A stretch of DNA of 64,000 nt from a virus: the IMG/VR virus record IMGVR_UViG_3300017991_000052; one strand, 5' to 3'. This document shows, piece by piece, positions 21,083 to 30,575 of the stretch (positions are counted from its first letter, which is position 1; every line of letters begins with the position of its first letter). The translations under genes and the position numbers were made by a program. The notes under the pieces are model-generated. The model made no database searches. It saw nothing but the letters and a program-made list of their open reading frames with translations, and was not told where the DNA came from.

Positions 21083-21520
21083 ATGGCTGAAAAATTTTCA
21101 AAAATAACAACAAGGATTCCAAGACAACAATATTCATATATTGAAGTAGAGCGAGGGTGTAATGATGCTGATGAAGAAAAAATAATAGTTGAATCAATGA
21201 AGAAAATGATTGAAGATAATGCTTTAGTAGAAAATGAAAATAAAGGGAATTTAGAAGTAATTGTTGATGGTCAAAATTGTGAAGTATGTGGTGGTAGAAT
21301 TTTAGAACAAATTGGTATTTCAAAGAAAACAAATAAACCATATCATAAACTTTGTTGTGAACACAATATTCAGATTCCTAAAGAAGTAAAACCAAATATT
21401 AATAATGAAAAAGTAATTGAAACCCAAAAATTTGTTTCGGGGACTGTTACAATAAATAATGAACAAAAGAAATATTGTAATTATCTCCGCTGGATTTCTG
21501 TAAGATCTCTTGAACAATAA
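21083..21520 (+). CDS. Hypothetical Zn-binding protein
   Basis: CEVCGG...SKKTNKPY...CC...CNY; SD GGAGG. Confidence 0.5.
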   Translation: MAEKFSKITTRIPRQQYSYIEVERGCNDADEEKIIVESMKKMIEDNALVENENKGNLEVIVDGQNCEVCGGRILEQIGISKKTNKPYHKLCCEHNIQIPKEVKPNINNEKVIETQKFVSGTVTINNEQKKYCNYLRWISVRSLEQ

Positions 21521-21532
21521 ATAGGGGTTAAT

Positions 21533-22267
21533 ATGAAGAAGCACAATGATGCAATTTGTCCTGCATGTGGATCATACAATAAATTGTATAATGATATAAC
21601 AATAAATGGTAATCAATTAAGATGTGATTGTAAAGAACAAAAAGAGAAAAGAAGACTTCTTTTAAAAGCAAATATTCCGTATGAATATTGGTTTAAAGAT
21701 TTTAATGATTATGAAGGAGATCAAACTGCTTTAAAGGAAGTAAAAGAATATATTCAAAATCTAGATAATTATTATCATGAGAACATTGGTTTATTTTTAT
21801 ATGGAAATAATGGTGTTGGAAAAACTTTAATGTTAGTTCAAGTATTAAGAGAGGCAAGTAGAAAAAAACATTCAATATTTTTTGTTCCATATTCTAAAGT
21901 AATTACAATGCTAACAAATTCATGGTATGATACGAAAGCAAAAAAAGATTTTGAAAGACAAATTGAACAAGTAGATTTTTTATTGGTTGATGATATTGGG
22001 AAAGCATATCATTCTCAAGGTGGATTAGCTGAAAGTACTTTCGAAAATTGTTTAAGATATAGATCAAATCCAACATTAATTTCTTCAAATAAAAATGTTG
22101 AAGAAGTTAGAAGAATGTATGAAGGAACTTGGGGAGAAAGTATAGCATCATTGATTTATGGAAAAAGTATTCAAATAGTTGTACAAGGTAGAGATTATAG
22201 AAAAGATATGTCTTCTAAATTAAAACAGCGTGGTCAAACTGAGATACATTATAGACCTTTAATATAA
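21533..22267 (+). CDS. DnaC/IstB-like AAA+ helicase loader
   Basis: CPAC..CDC, Walker A GNNGVGKT, Walker B LLVDDIG, G.DYR. Confidence 0.85.
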   Translation: MKKHNDAICPACGSYNKLYNDITINGNQLRCDCKEQKEKRRLLLKANIPYEYWFKDFNDYEGDQTALKEVKEYIQNLDNYYHENIGLFLYGNNGVGKTLMLVQVLREASRKKHSIFFVPYSKVITMLTNSWYDTKAKKDFERQIEQVDFLLVDDIGKAYHSQGGLAESTFENCLRYRSNPTLISSNKNVEEVRRMYEGTWGESIASLIYGKSIQIVVQGRDYRKDMSSKLKQRGQTEIHYRPLI

Positions 22268-22272
22268 TTTAA

Positions 22273-22427
22273 GGTGGGTAGTTAAGGAGCCCATGTTAAT
22301 GAGGGCTGTCAAAATAATTTCATTACTGGTGGTAGGATTTGGTATTCTAATGACTAGATAGGAATGCCATCCCTCCCGAGTTAGCGAGAACTCGTTAAAA
22401 ATTAACGCAAAAACTTAACTACCCATT
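22273..22427 (+). ncRNA. Putative structured RNA element, containing a 22-codon hydrophobic ORF at 22293-22361
   Basis: 12-bp perfect closing stem TGGGTAGTTAAG/CTTAACTACCCA enclosing three hairpins. Confidence 0.5.
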
Positions 22428-22445
22428 CTCAAAAAGGAGAATTAA

Positions 22446-23477
22446 ATGGAAAGAAAATTAGCAAGTATTCAAAAAATTGTAGATGTTAAACCAATAGAAA
22501 ATGCAGATGCTATTGAAAAAGTTCAGATATTAGGTTGGCAATGTGTTTCTAGAAAAAATGAATTTAAGCCCGGAGATCTAGCTATATATTTTGAAATAGA
22601 TTCCTTTCTTCCAATTGATGAAAGATATGAATTTTTAAGAAAAAGTTCTCATAAAATATTAACAGATGGAAGAGAAGGTTTTAGATTACGAACAATAAAA
22701 TTAAGAAAAACATTAAGTCAAGGATTATTATTGTCACTTAAAGAATTCCCTGAAATTGTCGATGCCAAAGAAGGACAAGATGTTACTGAGATACTTAAAA
22801 TAGAAAAATATGAACCTCCAATTCCAACAAATTTAAGTGGTCAAATATTTGGTAAATTTCCAACTCATATAGTACCTAAAACAGATGAAATTAGAGTACA
22901 ATCAATTCCAACAATTTTAGATGAAATGAAAGATAGACAATACTATATTACTACAAAAGTTGATGGTACAAGTTCTACATTTTATTATAAAGATGGACAT
23001 TTTGGAGTATGTGGAAGAAATTGGGAATATAAAGAAGATGAAACCAATACTTATTGGAAGATTGCTAAGAAATATAAATTAAAAGAATTAATGGAAGAAG
23101 ATAAAAGAAATATTGCTATTCAAGGAGAAATAGTTGGTCCAGGAATACAAAAAAATCCGTTATTATTAAAAGAATTAGAGATAAGAGTTTTTTCAGTATA
23201 TCTTATTGATGAACATCAATATGCGAGTATTAATGAAGCTCAAGAAATTTGTGAATCATTAGAATTACCATTTGTTCCTATTGATGAGATGGGAGATTCA
23301 TTTAATTATACATTAGATGAATTATTAGAAAAGGCTAAAGGTAAATATAAAAATACTGATCGTAATAGAGAAGGAATTGTTATACGACCTCAAATTGAGG
23401 CTGTATCTGTGATCCTCGAAGGTCGCATGTCATTCAAAGTTATAAATAACGATTTTTTACTTGGTAATAATGAATAA
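22446..23477 (+). CDS. RNA ligase, DRB0094/Rnl2-like family
   Basis: MERKLASIQKI...YFEIDS...SQGL...KTDE.R.Q...KVDGTS (motif I)...QGEIVGPGIQKN...EGIV...SFKVINN.FL. Confidence 0.9.
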   Translation: MERKLASIQKIVDVKPIENADAIEKVQILGWQCVSRKNEFKPGDLAIYFEIDSFLPIDERYEFLRKSSHKILTDGREGFRLRTIKLRKTLSQGLLLSLKEFPEIVDAKEGQDVTEILKIEKYEPPIPTNLSGQIFGKFPTHIVPKTDEIRVQSIPTILDEMKDRQYYITTKVDGTSSTFYYKDGHFGVCGRNWEYKEDETNTYWKIAKKYKLKELMEEDKRNIAIQGEIVGPGIQKNPLLLKELEIRVFSVYLIDEHQYASINEAQEICESLELPFVPIDEMGDSFNYTLDELLEKAKGKYKNTDRNREGIVIRPQIEAVSVILEGRMSFKVINNDFLLGNNE

Positions 23478-23551
23478 AAAAGGACAAAGTAGTAGTAATA
23501 GTTATATATAATACAATATATATAATTTGTAATACATAAAGGAGGTAAATT

Positions 23552-23692
23552 ATGTCAGAAATGAAGACAATACAAGTAAAGTTAAAAGATAAAGATATAA
23601 AAGAATTAAAAATTTTATCTAAGAATAGTGGGCTATCATTAAGTGCTTATATTAGAATGAATTTAAGGAGAATGTTAAAAAAATGCCAATAG
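23552..23692 (+). CDS. Ribbon-helix-helix DNA-binding protein (46 aa; not in ORF track)
   Basis: MSEMKTIQVKLKDKDIKELKILSKNSGLSLSAYIRMNL fits the CopG/Arc pattern; SD AAGGAGGT. Confidence 0.7.
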   Translation: MSEMKTIQVKLKDKDIKELKILSKNSGLSLSAYIRMNLRRMLKKCQ

Positions 23693-24426
23693 GAATATAT
23701 AAAAGAACTAAAGAACATTGTAAAAACATTTCTGAAGCTAAAAAAGGCTACATTGTTACTAAAAAAACTAAGTCATTAATTAGTAAAGCAAATATAGGAA
23801 AAAAACGCACAAAAAAACAAATAGAAAATATGAGCAAGAGTCGTAAAAAATATTTTCAAATTCACGATGCTCCAATGAAAGGTAAAAAATTCACAAAAGA
23901 TCATATAGAAAAATTACGACAAGCAAAATTAGGAACAAAACATTCAAAGAAAACAAAATTAAAGATGAGTAAATCTCGAAAAGGAAGAAAAATAATATTT
24001 TCGAAAAAAGCAAAAGAAAATATGAGTTTAGGTGCTATAAAAAGATTAATGAATGGAAAAGATAATTATGCGAGGGGGAAAAGAGGATATTTTTATTCAA
24101 AGAAGAATTGTAAAAAGGTATATTATCGATCATCATGGGAATTACAGGCATACAAAATATTGGAATTAATGAAAGAAGTAAAGAATTATTTTATAGAACC
24201 ACTTAGAATCCCTTATCTATTTAATGGAACTATTCACAATTATCTTCCAGATATACTAATAAAATATAAAAATGGAATAAAAGAATTAATAGAAATAAAA
24301 CCTAAATTTAAATTGCAAGATAAAAAAACAATATATAAGTTAAATGCTGGTATGCAATATGCATTGGCAAATAATATAAAATTTAATATTTGGGATAATG
24401 ATTACTTATTAAAAGACGAAAACTAA
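23683..24426 (+). CDS. Putative homing endonuclease: NUMOD3 repeats plus TnsA-like PD-(D/E)XK domain
   Basis: Repeated K.S...KG...(H)S..TK motifs; YRSSWE...EP..IPY....HNYLPD.LI......LIEIKP. Confidence 0.75.
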   Translation: MPIGIYKRTKEHCKNISEAKKGYIVTKKTKSLISKANIGKKRTKKQIENMSKSRKKYFQIHDAPMKGKKFTKDHIEKLRQAKLGTKHSKKTKLKMSKSRKGRKIIFSKKAKENMSLGAIKRLMNGKDNYARGKRGYFYSKKNCKKVYYRSSWELQAYKILELMKEVKNYFIEPLRIPYLFNGTIHNYLPDILIKYKNGIKELIEIKPKFKLQDKKTIYKLNAGMQYALANNIKFNIWDNDYLLKDEN

Positions 24427-24443
24427 TTTAAAAGGGGGGCGCC

Positions 24444-25685
24444 ATGAAAGCCGAATATTCTCTACTTAATGCAATATTAACACAAAATAGAATTGCTTTT
24501 GTTATTAAAAAATTAAAGCCATATCATTTTGGGGATGATTATGCTCGTGAAGTTTATAAGTTCTTTTGTAAATTTTTTAAAGAATATCATAAGACACCAA
24601 GCTCCAGTATTACAAGACAAAAATTCAGAGAATATGATTATCAAGAAGAAAATGGAGATATTAATTATTTAGTAAATGAAGTGATGAATAAATATAGTGA
24701 ATATAAATTATTAGGTATTTTAAATGATGCAGCAAATAAATTAAAAGAAAATTCAAGTGAAGAAGTTCTTAATTATGTAATAAGTAATGGATTGAAATTA
24801 AGATCAGAATCTCAAAAAGAAGAGGATCTTGATTTGCTTAATATTACTGATGAAATAATAAAAGATTATCAAGTTAGAAAAGAAAGAGGAGCAATTTCAG
24901 GCATTCCATCTGGAATTCCGAGTTTAGATAATTTAATATGTGGATGGCAAAATGGAGAATTAATTAATATAATGGCTGGTACAGGAATTGGCAAATCATT
25001 TTTAGCAACTCATTTTGCAACTCATGCATGGAGAAATGGATATAAACCATTATATATTTCTTTTGAAATGTCTCCTAAACAAATTTATACTCGAGTATTA
25101 GCATTACAATTAAATTTAAATCCTAGAGATATTAAACATGGACAATTAACTGAAGAGAATGAACAAAGATTAAAAGAATATTTAAATAATTTAAAAAATG
25201 CTACAGATGGAAGAACAAGTTTTATTGTATCTTCACCACATAATGCAACACAATCTTCAGTATTAGCTGCAATTAATAACCATAATCCAGATATTGTTTT
25301 TGTAGATTATATTACTTTAATGAAAGATGAAAATGGAGATAAAAGCTGGGAAGCTGTAAAAAATATTTCAAGAGATTTGAAGAATTTTGCTCGTAAATGT
25401 AATATTCCTGTTATTTCATTATGTCAAGCGAATAGAGAATTTGATGTTGGCGGAAGTGAACCGCCGGAATTAGATAATGTTGGGTATTCTAGAGCAATAG
25501 CTCAAGATTCAGATATAATTATTTCTATACATCAAAACAATGATCAAAGAAATGATGGGGTAATGAAAGCAAAAGTTGTAAAAATGAGAGATGGTGAAGT
25601 TGGATTACTTATTGATTTAATGTGGTATCTTAATGATGGTATTATTAGGGAAAATATACATGACTTTGGATATAGACCTGCTTGA
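24444..25685 (+). CDS. dnaB: DnaB-like replicative helicase
   Basis: G.PSG...LD....G, AGTGIGKS, SFEM, VDY, QANR, IAQDSD, KMRDG. Confidence 0.9.
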   Translation: MKAEYSLLNAILTQNRIAFVIKKLKPYHFGDDYAREVYKFFCKFFKEYHKTPSSSITRQKFREYDYQEENGDINYLVNEVMNKYSEYKLLGILNDAANKLKENSSEEVLNYVISNGLKLRSESQKEEDLDLLNITDEIIKDYQVRKERGAISGIPSGIPSLDNLICGWQNGELINIMAGTGIGKSFLATHFATHAWRNGYKPLYISFEMSPKQIYTRVLALQLNLNPRDIKHGQLTEENEQRLKEYLNNLKNATDGRTSFIVSSPHNATQSSVLAAINNHNPDIVFVDYITLMKDENGDKSWEAVKNISRDLKNFARKCNIPVISLCQANREFDVGGSEPPELDNVGYSRAIAQDSDIIISIHQNNDQRNDGVMKAKVVKMRDGEVGLLIDLMWYLNDGIIRENIHDFGYRPA

Positions 25686-26580
25686 ATTATTAACATCATA
25701 TGGAATAGATAATATCAAACTAAAAGGACATTATATACAATTATCCTGTCCTTTTCATGATGATAATAATCCTTCAGCAGCTTTTTATTTAGACAACCAA
25801 AGATTCGTATGTTTTGGATGTAGAACAAGCGTTAATATATATGAATTTATTGCTTTATTAGAAGATATTCCGGTTAGTGAAGTAAAATCTAGATATAGAG
25901 TAGAATTAAGTAAAGATATTATAATAAATAAATTAAGAACTAAGATTAATGATTTTTATAATAAAGAATCAGAAAGATCTGTAACAAAAGTATATGATGA
26001 AAGTATATTAAATAATTTTACATCTGAATATGATTATATGTTTAATAGAGGATTTAATATTGAGACATTAAAAAAATTTGAAGTTGGATATTATGCTGCT
26101 AAAAGTATGGTGTCATTACCATTTCGAGATAGGCATGGAAATTTAATTGGAGTATATGGGAGAAAAACATACCCAACTAGTAGAGCAAAATATAAACCAA
26201 TAGTTCCAATAGATTCTGGATATCCAAAGTATGATCATTTATATGGATTACATCTTGTTAGGGGAGATACATTAATGTTAGTTGAAGGGAATCTTGTTGT
26301 ATTAAAAACACATCAAGAAGGATTTCCATTTTCTGCAGCAATACAAAGTACTAATTTAACATTGCCTCATGAAAAATTGGTATCTAAATATTTTGATAAT
26401 GTTATTTTAGCTTTAGATAATGATGAACCAGGGAAAGAAGCGAGTAAAGATATATATAATAGATTAAAGAATAAAGTTAAAATATCAATTTTTAATTATG
26501 ATGCAGCTGGAAAACACGATATTGATGATATGAATAGTGATGAAATAGGAAAAGGAATAGGAGAAGCAAAATTATTATGA
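25660..26580 (+). CDS. dnaG: DNA primase (CHC2 Zn finger plus TOPRIM)
   Basis: CPFHDD..PS....F.CFGC; LVEG; LALDND.PG; start chosen from SD spacing. Confidence 0.85.
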   Translation: MTLDIDLLELLTSYGIDNIKLKGHYIQLSCPFHDDNNPSAAFYLDNQRFVCFGCRTSVNIYEFIALLEDIPVSEVKSRYRVELSKDIIINKLRTKINDFYNKESERSVTKVYDESILNNFTSEYDYMFNRGFNIETLKKFEVGYYAAKSMVSLPFRDRHGNLIGVYGRKTYPTSRAKYKPIVPIDSGYPKYDHLYGLHLVRGDTLMLVEGNLVVLKTHQEGFPFSAAIQSTNLTLPHEKLVSKYFDNVILALDNDEPGKEASKDIYNRLKNKVKISIFNYDAAGKHDIDDMNSDEIGKGIGEAKLL

Positions 26581-27392
26581 AAAATATATTACTTATTGAT
26601 GCCTATCATTTAGCACATCGAGCATATTCAAAATTTTATAATCTTAAATTAGATGAGGATACATCAGTTGGATTAATTTATGGAGTTATTAATATATTGC
26701 TTTCATACAAAAAACGCTTTCATCCTTGTGATATTGTTATGTGTTATGATACTGGACATAGTAGAAGAAGTAAAATTTGTTCAGATTATAAAGCGAATCG
26801 AACAGATACTCATAATGGATTTTTTCAACAACTTTTTATTTTAAAATGTTTATTAAAAGATATAGGGATTAAATGTGCAGAATTACCAGATACAGAGGCG
26901 GATGATATAATTGGAAGTTTGTCGATAAAAAATAAAGATGGACTTAATATAATAGTAAGTGGTGATCATGATTACTTTCAATTAATTAATGATAATACAG
27001 CATTTTTTAAAGTTGGGAAGAATGATAAATTATATGATAAAAAAACTTTTATTGATGAATTTGGTATTTCTCCAGATCGTTATGTCGAAACAATGTATAT
27101 TTCCGGAGATAAAAGTGATAATGTGCATGGAATTGCCGGAATTGGAGATAAGAAAGCACTTACTATTGTAAAATCAACAGATAATTTTGATGAAGTTCTA
27201 AAACATGAGAAAGTGAAAGATTTTATTGATATTGTGAATATTAATCGTCAAGTTCTTACTATTAATAAGTCTCTCGATGTAAAGATACAAACACCAGAAA
27301 AGCATTTAGATATTGTAAAACATTTATTCGACAATTATCTTAAATTCAAATCATTTTTAAAAAGATGGGAGGAAATAGAAAATTTTTCATAG
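26577..27392 (+). CDS. 5'-3' exonuclease / flap endonuclease (PolI N-terminal-like)
   Basis: LLIDA, YKANR, EADDIIG, SGDHD..QL, GDKSDNV.GI.GIG.K.A. Confidence 0.9.
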   Translation: MKNILLIDAYHLAHRAYSKFYNLKLDEDTSVGLIYGVINILLSYKKRFHPCDIVMCYDTGHSRRSKICSDYKANRTDTHNGFFQQLFILKCLLKDIGIKCAELPDTEADDIIGSLSIKNKDGLNIIVSGDHDYFQLINDNTAFFKVGKNDKLYDKKTFIDEFGISPDRYVETMYISGDKSDNVHGIAGIGDKKALTIVKSTDNFDEVLKHEKVKDFIDIVNINRQVLTINKSLDVKIQTPEKHLDIVKHLFDNYLKFKSFLKRWEEIENFS

Positions 27393-27421
27393 TTTACAAA
27401 CTAAGATGTTCATGTTATAAT
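27393..27421 (+). promoter_or_regulatory. Promoter, extended -10
   Basis: TTTACA-17 bp-TATAAT with TGn. Confidence 0.7.
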
Positions 27422-27452
27422 GTCATCTCATTTTACTACAAAGGGGGTCCGC

Positions 27453-28130
27453 ATGAAGGGTTTATTAAGATACAAAACAATAAAGAATCAGGGAACAAGT
27501 AATGCACTTCAAATCAAGGATGGTGAGACTAAACAAATAAGGTTTTTAGAGGATGGAGCAGAAATTCATTTTGTAAGAAGACATTGGGTTGATTTAAATG
27601 GATTTAAAGGATTTGTTAATTGTTTAAATAATCCAGATGGGGGGGTTGTTGATGAATGTCCCCTTTGTGATCGTGCCAGTACAAATTGGGGATCGCCAAT
27701 TTCTACAGCTCAGATCAGAATGTTAACGAAAGTTATTGATAGAGCTGATGGGAAAGCAAAATTATTTGAAGCAACACATTCAGTTATTGATAAATTAGCA
27801 AAAGATTATGATGCTAATAAGACAATTACTGATGTTGATTATTCTTATTCTAGAAGTATTGAAATAAAAGGTAAACGCAAAAGAACAAGATATGATCTTG
27901 ATGCTTTAAGAAATACTGCTAGTCCTTTGTCTGATGATGATAAAAAGAAAGGGTTAGAAGTAGATGTTGATGGAGAAATCAAAAGAACAGGTAAAAGCAA
28001 AGAAGAAATAATTGACATTATAAATAAAATTCAAATAAGTAAAAATCCACAAGAAAATAATTCATCACCACAAGGGGGATCAGAATCTCAAGGAGTTAAA
28101 GAAGAAAAGACAAAATCTTTTCCTATATAA
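27453..28130 (+). CDS. Single-stranded DNA-binding protein (gp32-like)
   Basis: IRFL...HW...C...CPLC...VIDR, low-complexity tail ending FPI; located in the replication module. Confidence 0.6.
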   Translation: MKGLLRYKTIKNQGTSNALQIKDGETKQIRFLEDGAEIHFVRRHWVDLNGFKGFVNCLNNPDGGVVDECPLCDRASTNWGSPISTAQIRMLTKVIDRADGKAKLFEATHSVIDKLAKDYDANKTITDVDYSYSRSIEIKGKRKRTRYDLDALRNTASPLSDDDKKKGLEVDVDGEIKRTGKSKEEIIDIINKIQISKNPQENNSSPQGGSESQGVKEEKTKSFPI

Positions 28131-28157
28131 ATATCTATTTGGGAAAGGGGGTGTGAC

Positions 28158-28364
28158 ATGACAACAAGTGTAACTGAATTTGTAAAATCTCAGCTGCATA
28201 GCGGCAATAGGGATGCTGAGGCTGTTTTTGATTTAGTTAATAAAGAAATCCAAAGTGGAAATGTGAGAAAGATGCGCGGTGATGGGGATCTTAAGAGCTA
28301 CATCAATTACATGATTAGGCCGATGAGAAAGAAAGCAGAACAGAGTGAGGGGACTGATGAGTAA
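28158..28364 (+). CDS. Small hypothetical protein with GC-richer codon usage
   Basis: SD GGGGGTG; codons such as ATC, TAC, AAG. Confidence 0.6.
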   Translation: MTTSVTEFVKSQLHSGNRDAEAVFDLVNKEIQSGNVRKMRGDGDLKSYINYMIRPMRKKAEQSEGTDE

Positions 28365-29556
28365 AATAGCAGTAATTGGATTGGGGCGTGTTGGTTTACC
28401 ACTAGCTTTATTATTATCTTCAGAAGGACATGAAATAATGGGCATTGATAGGGATGGGAAAATTGTATCCTCTCTTATGCACAGACATATGCCTTTTGAT
28501 GAACCCCAATGCAAGGAATTGCTAAGTTCTTCGACCGCCGTCTTTAGTGATGATATTTCATTAGCGAGTTTTTGTGATACTATTATTATCACTGTTGGCA
28601 CTCCATTTTTGCCGCACATCGAAATGGATTTAAATCATTTAAGGACGGCCATCGAATCTATTATCCCATCATTAGAAAAAGGAAAGTTGGTGATCTTAAG
28701 AAGCACAATAGCTCCAAATACAACTAAATTTGTTAAAAATTTAATTGAAAAACATTCTGGATATATAGTTGGAAAAGATATATTTTTAGCATTTTGTCCA
28801 GAAAGACTTGCTGAAGGTGTTGCTATAGAAGAATTACAAACTTTACCTCAAATTATCGGAACAGAAGATGAAAAGAGCAAAGAATTAGCATATGAGATAT
28901 TTAAATTTACTGAATGCATTCCTACAGATTATATAACAGCAGAATTAATAAAATTATTTACTAATATTTTTAGATATATACAATTCTCGATTCCAAATTA
29001 TTTTATGTATATTGCAGAAAATTATAATGCTAATATATTTAAAATTATAGAACTTATTAATTATCGATATCCACGCGGTGGACTTAAAAGACCAGGATTT
29101 GTTGCTGGGACTTGTTTAAGAAAAGATTTTGCTCCAATTTCTATGGATAGTTTTGGTGTAGATTTAGGAATGTTGTCATGGAAGATTAATGAATATTCTC
29201 CTTTGTTCTTAATTAAAGCAATTAAAAAATATACTACATTAACTAATAAAGAAATACTTGTATGTGGATATTCATTTAAAGCAAATACTGATGATATTAG
29301 AGATTCATTATCTGAAAAATTTGTTAGATTATTAAAAAATGAAGTACCAAAAAACTTATCAATATATGATCCATATGTAGAGGGATATAAAACTTATCTT
29401 AATATAGATTATGATATTATTTTTATAACAACTTGTCATGATCAATTTAATAAAGAATATTTTAAAAATCTTGGCGTTGATGATAATACATATATTGTAG
29501 ATATATGGAATGTTTGTAAAACTAATAAATTAATTTTTAAGAAAGGGGAAATATAA
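28357..29556 (+). CDS. UDP-glucose/GDP-mannose dehydrogenase family (WecC-like)
   Basis: GLGRVG, VGTP, LRST, CPERLAEG, AELIKL..N, G.CLRKD, FKANTDD.RDS, YDP. Confidence 0.9.
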   Translation: MSKIAVIGLGRVGLPLALLLSSEGHEIMGIDRDGKIVSSLMHRHMPFDEPQCKELLSSSTAVFSDDISLASFCDTIIITVGTPFLPHIEMDLNHLRTAIESIIPSLEKGKLVILRSTIAPNTTKFVKNLIEKHSGYIVGKDIFLAFCPERLAEGVAIEELQTLPQIIGTEDEKSKELAYEIFKFTECIPTDYITAELIKLFTNIFRYIQFSIPNYFMYIAENYNANIFKIIELINYRYPRGGLKRPGFVAGTCLRKDFAPISMDSFGVDLGMLSWKINEYSPLFLIKAIKKYTTLTNKEILVCGYSFKANTDDIRDSLSEKFVRLLKNEVPKNLSIYDPYVEGYKTYLNIDYDIIFITTCHDQFNKEYFKNLGVDDNTYIVDIWNVCKTNKLIFKKGEI

Positions 29557-30575
29557 TGAAAGTATTAGTTACTGGATCAGAAGGGTTTATTGGAGGATAT
29601 ATAGTAGATAAATTATTAAAAGAAGGTCATCAAGTAAGAGGATTAGATAATTATAGTAAGTATGGTAAAGTTGTTCGTTCATTTCATGATAATTATAATT
29701 ATACATTTGTTGAAGGCGATGCAAAAGACTATAATAAAGTAGTAGAAATTTTAGAAGGGTGTGATCATTTTATAGCAAATGCCGCATTGATTGGCGGAAT
29801 ATCAATGTTCCATGAATTTGCATATGATCTTTTAGAAGAGAATGAAAGAATACTAGCTGCTGGATTTAGAGCCGCAATCAATGAACATCTTCATGGAAAA
29901 TTAAAGAAAATAACAGTAATGTCTTCTAGTATGGTATTTGAAAGTACAGCTACATACCCCACACCCGAGGGGGAGCAATTTAAATGCCCCCCTCCTTTAT
30001 CTACATATGGCTTTCAAAAGTTAGCTACTGAATATTGGGCTAAAGGGGCATGGGAACAACATAAATTACCATATACTATAATAAGACCATTTAATTGTAT
30101 TGGTATAGGAGAGACTCGTGCGGTATGTGATAAAGATATTATGTCAGGTAACATAAAGCTCGCCATGAGTCACGTGGTGCCTGATTTGATACAAAAAATA
30201 GTTAAAGGGCAAGATCCATTGCATATTTTAGGTAATGGTGAACAAATAAGACATTATACACATGGTAAAGATATAGCTAGAGGAATATATATGTCATTAG
30301 AAAATGAGAATGCAATTAATAATGATTTTAATATTTCAAATGATGTTTCAACAACTGTATTGGAATTATCAAAAATGATATGGGAAAAAATAAAAGGAGA
30401 TAAACCATTTTCATATATTCCAGACGATCCATTTAAATATGATGTACAAAAGAGAATACCAAATGTTAATAAAGCAAAAGAATTGCTTGGATTTGAAGCA
30501 GAAGTTTCATTAAATGATGCTCTTGATGAAGTCATTCCATGGGTAAAAGAGGAAATTGAAAAAGGGGTATTGTAA
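29556..30575 (+). CDS. NAD-dependent nucleotide-sugar epimerase/dehydratase/decarboxylase (extended SDR)
   Basis: TGSEGFIG, SSSMVFE, YGFQK (YxxxK), RPFN..G, G.G.Q.R.Y. Confidence 0.9.
   Translation: MKVLVTGSEGFIGGYIVDKLLKEGHQVRGLDNYSKYGKVVRSFHDNYNYTFVEGDAKDYNKVVEILEGCDHFIANAALIGGISMFHEFAYDLLEENERILAAGFRAAINEHLHGKLKKITVMSSSMVFESTATYPTPEGEQFKCPPPLSTYGFQKLATEYWAKGAWEQHKLPYTIIRPFNCIGIGETRAVCDKDIMSGNIKLAMSHVVPDLIQKIVKGQDPLHILGNGEQIRHYTHGKDIARGIYMSLENENAINNDFNISNDVSTTVLELSKMIWEKIKGDKPFSYIPDDPFKYDVQKRIPNVNKAKELLGFEAEVSLNDALDEVIPWVKEEIEKGVL

Noticed and set aside
22273-22427. tRNA, hammerhead/twister/pistol ribozyme or IS200/605 end
   Set aside because: No cloverleaf or T-loop, no conserved catalytic cores recognised, and no adjacent tnpB/iscB.
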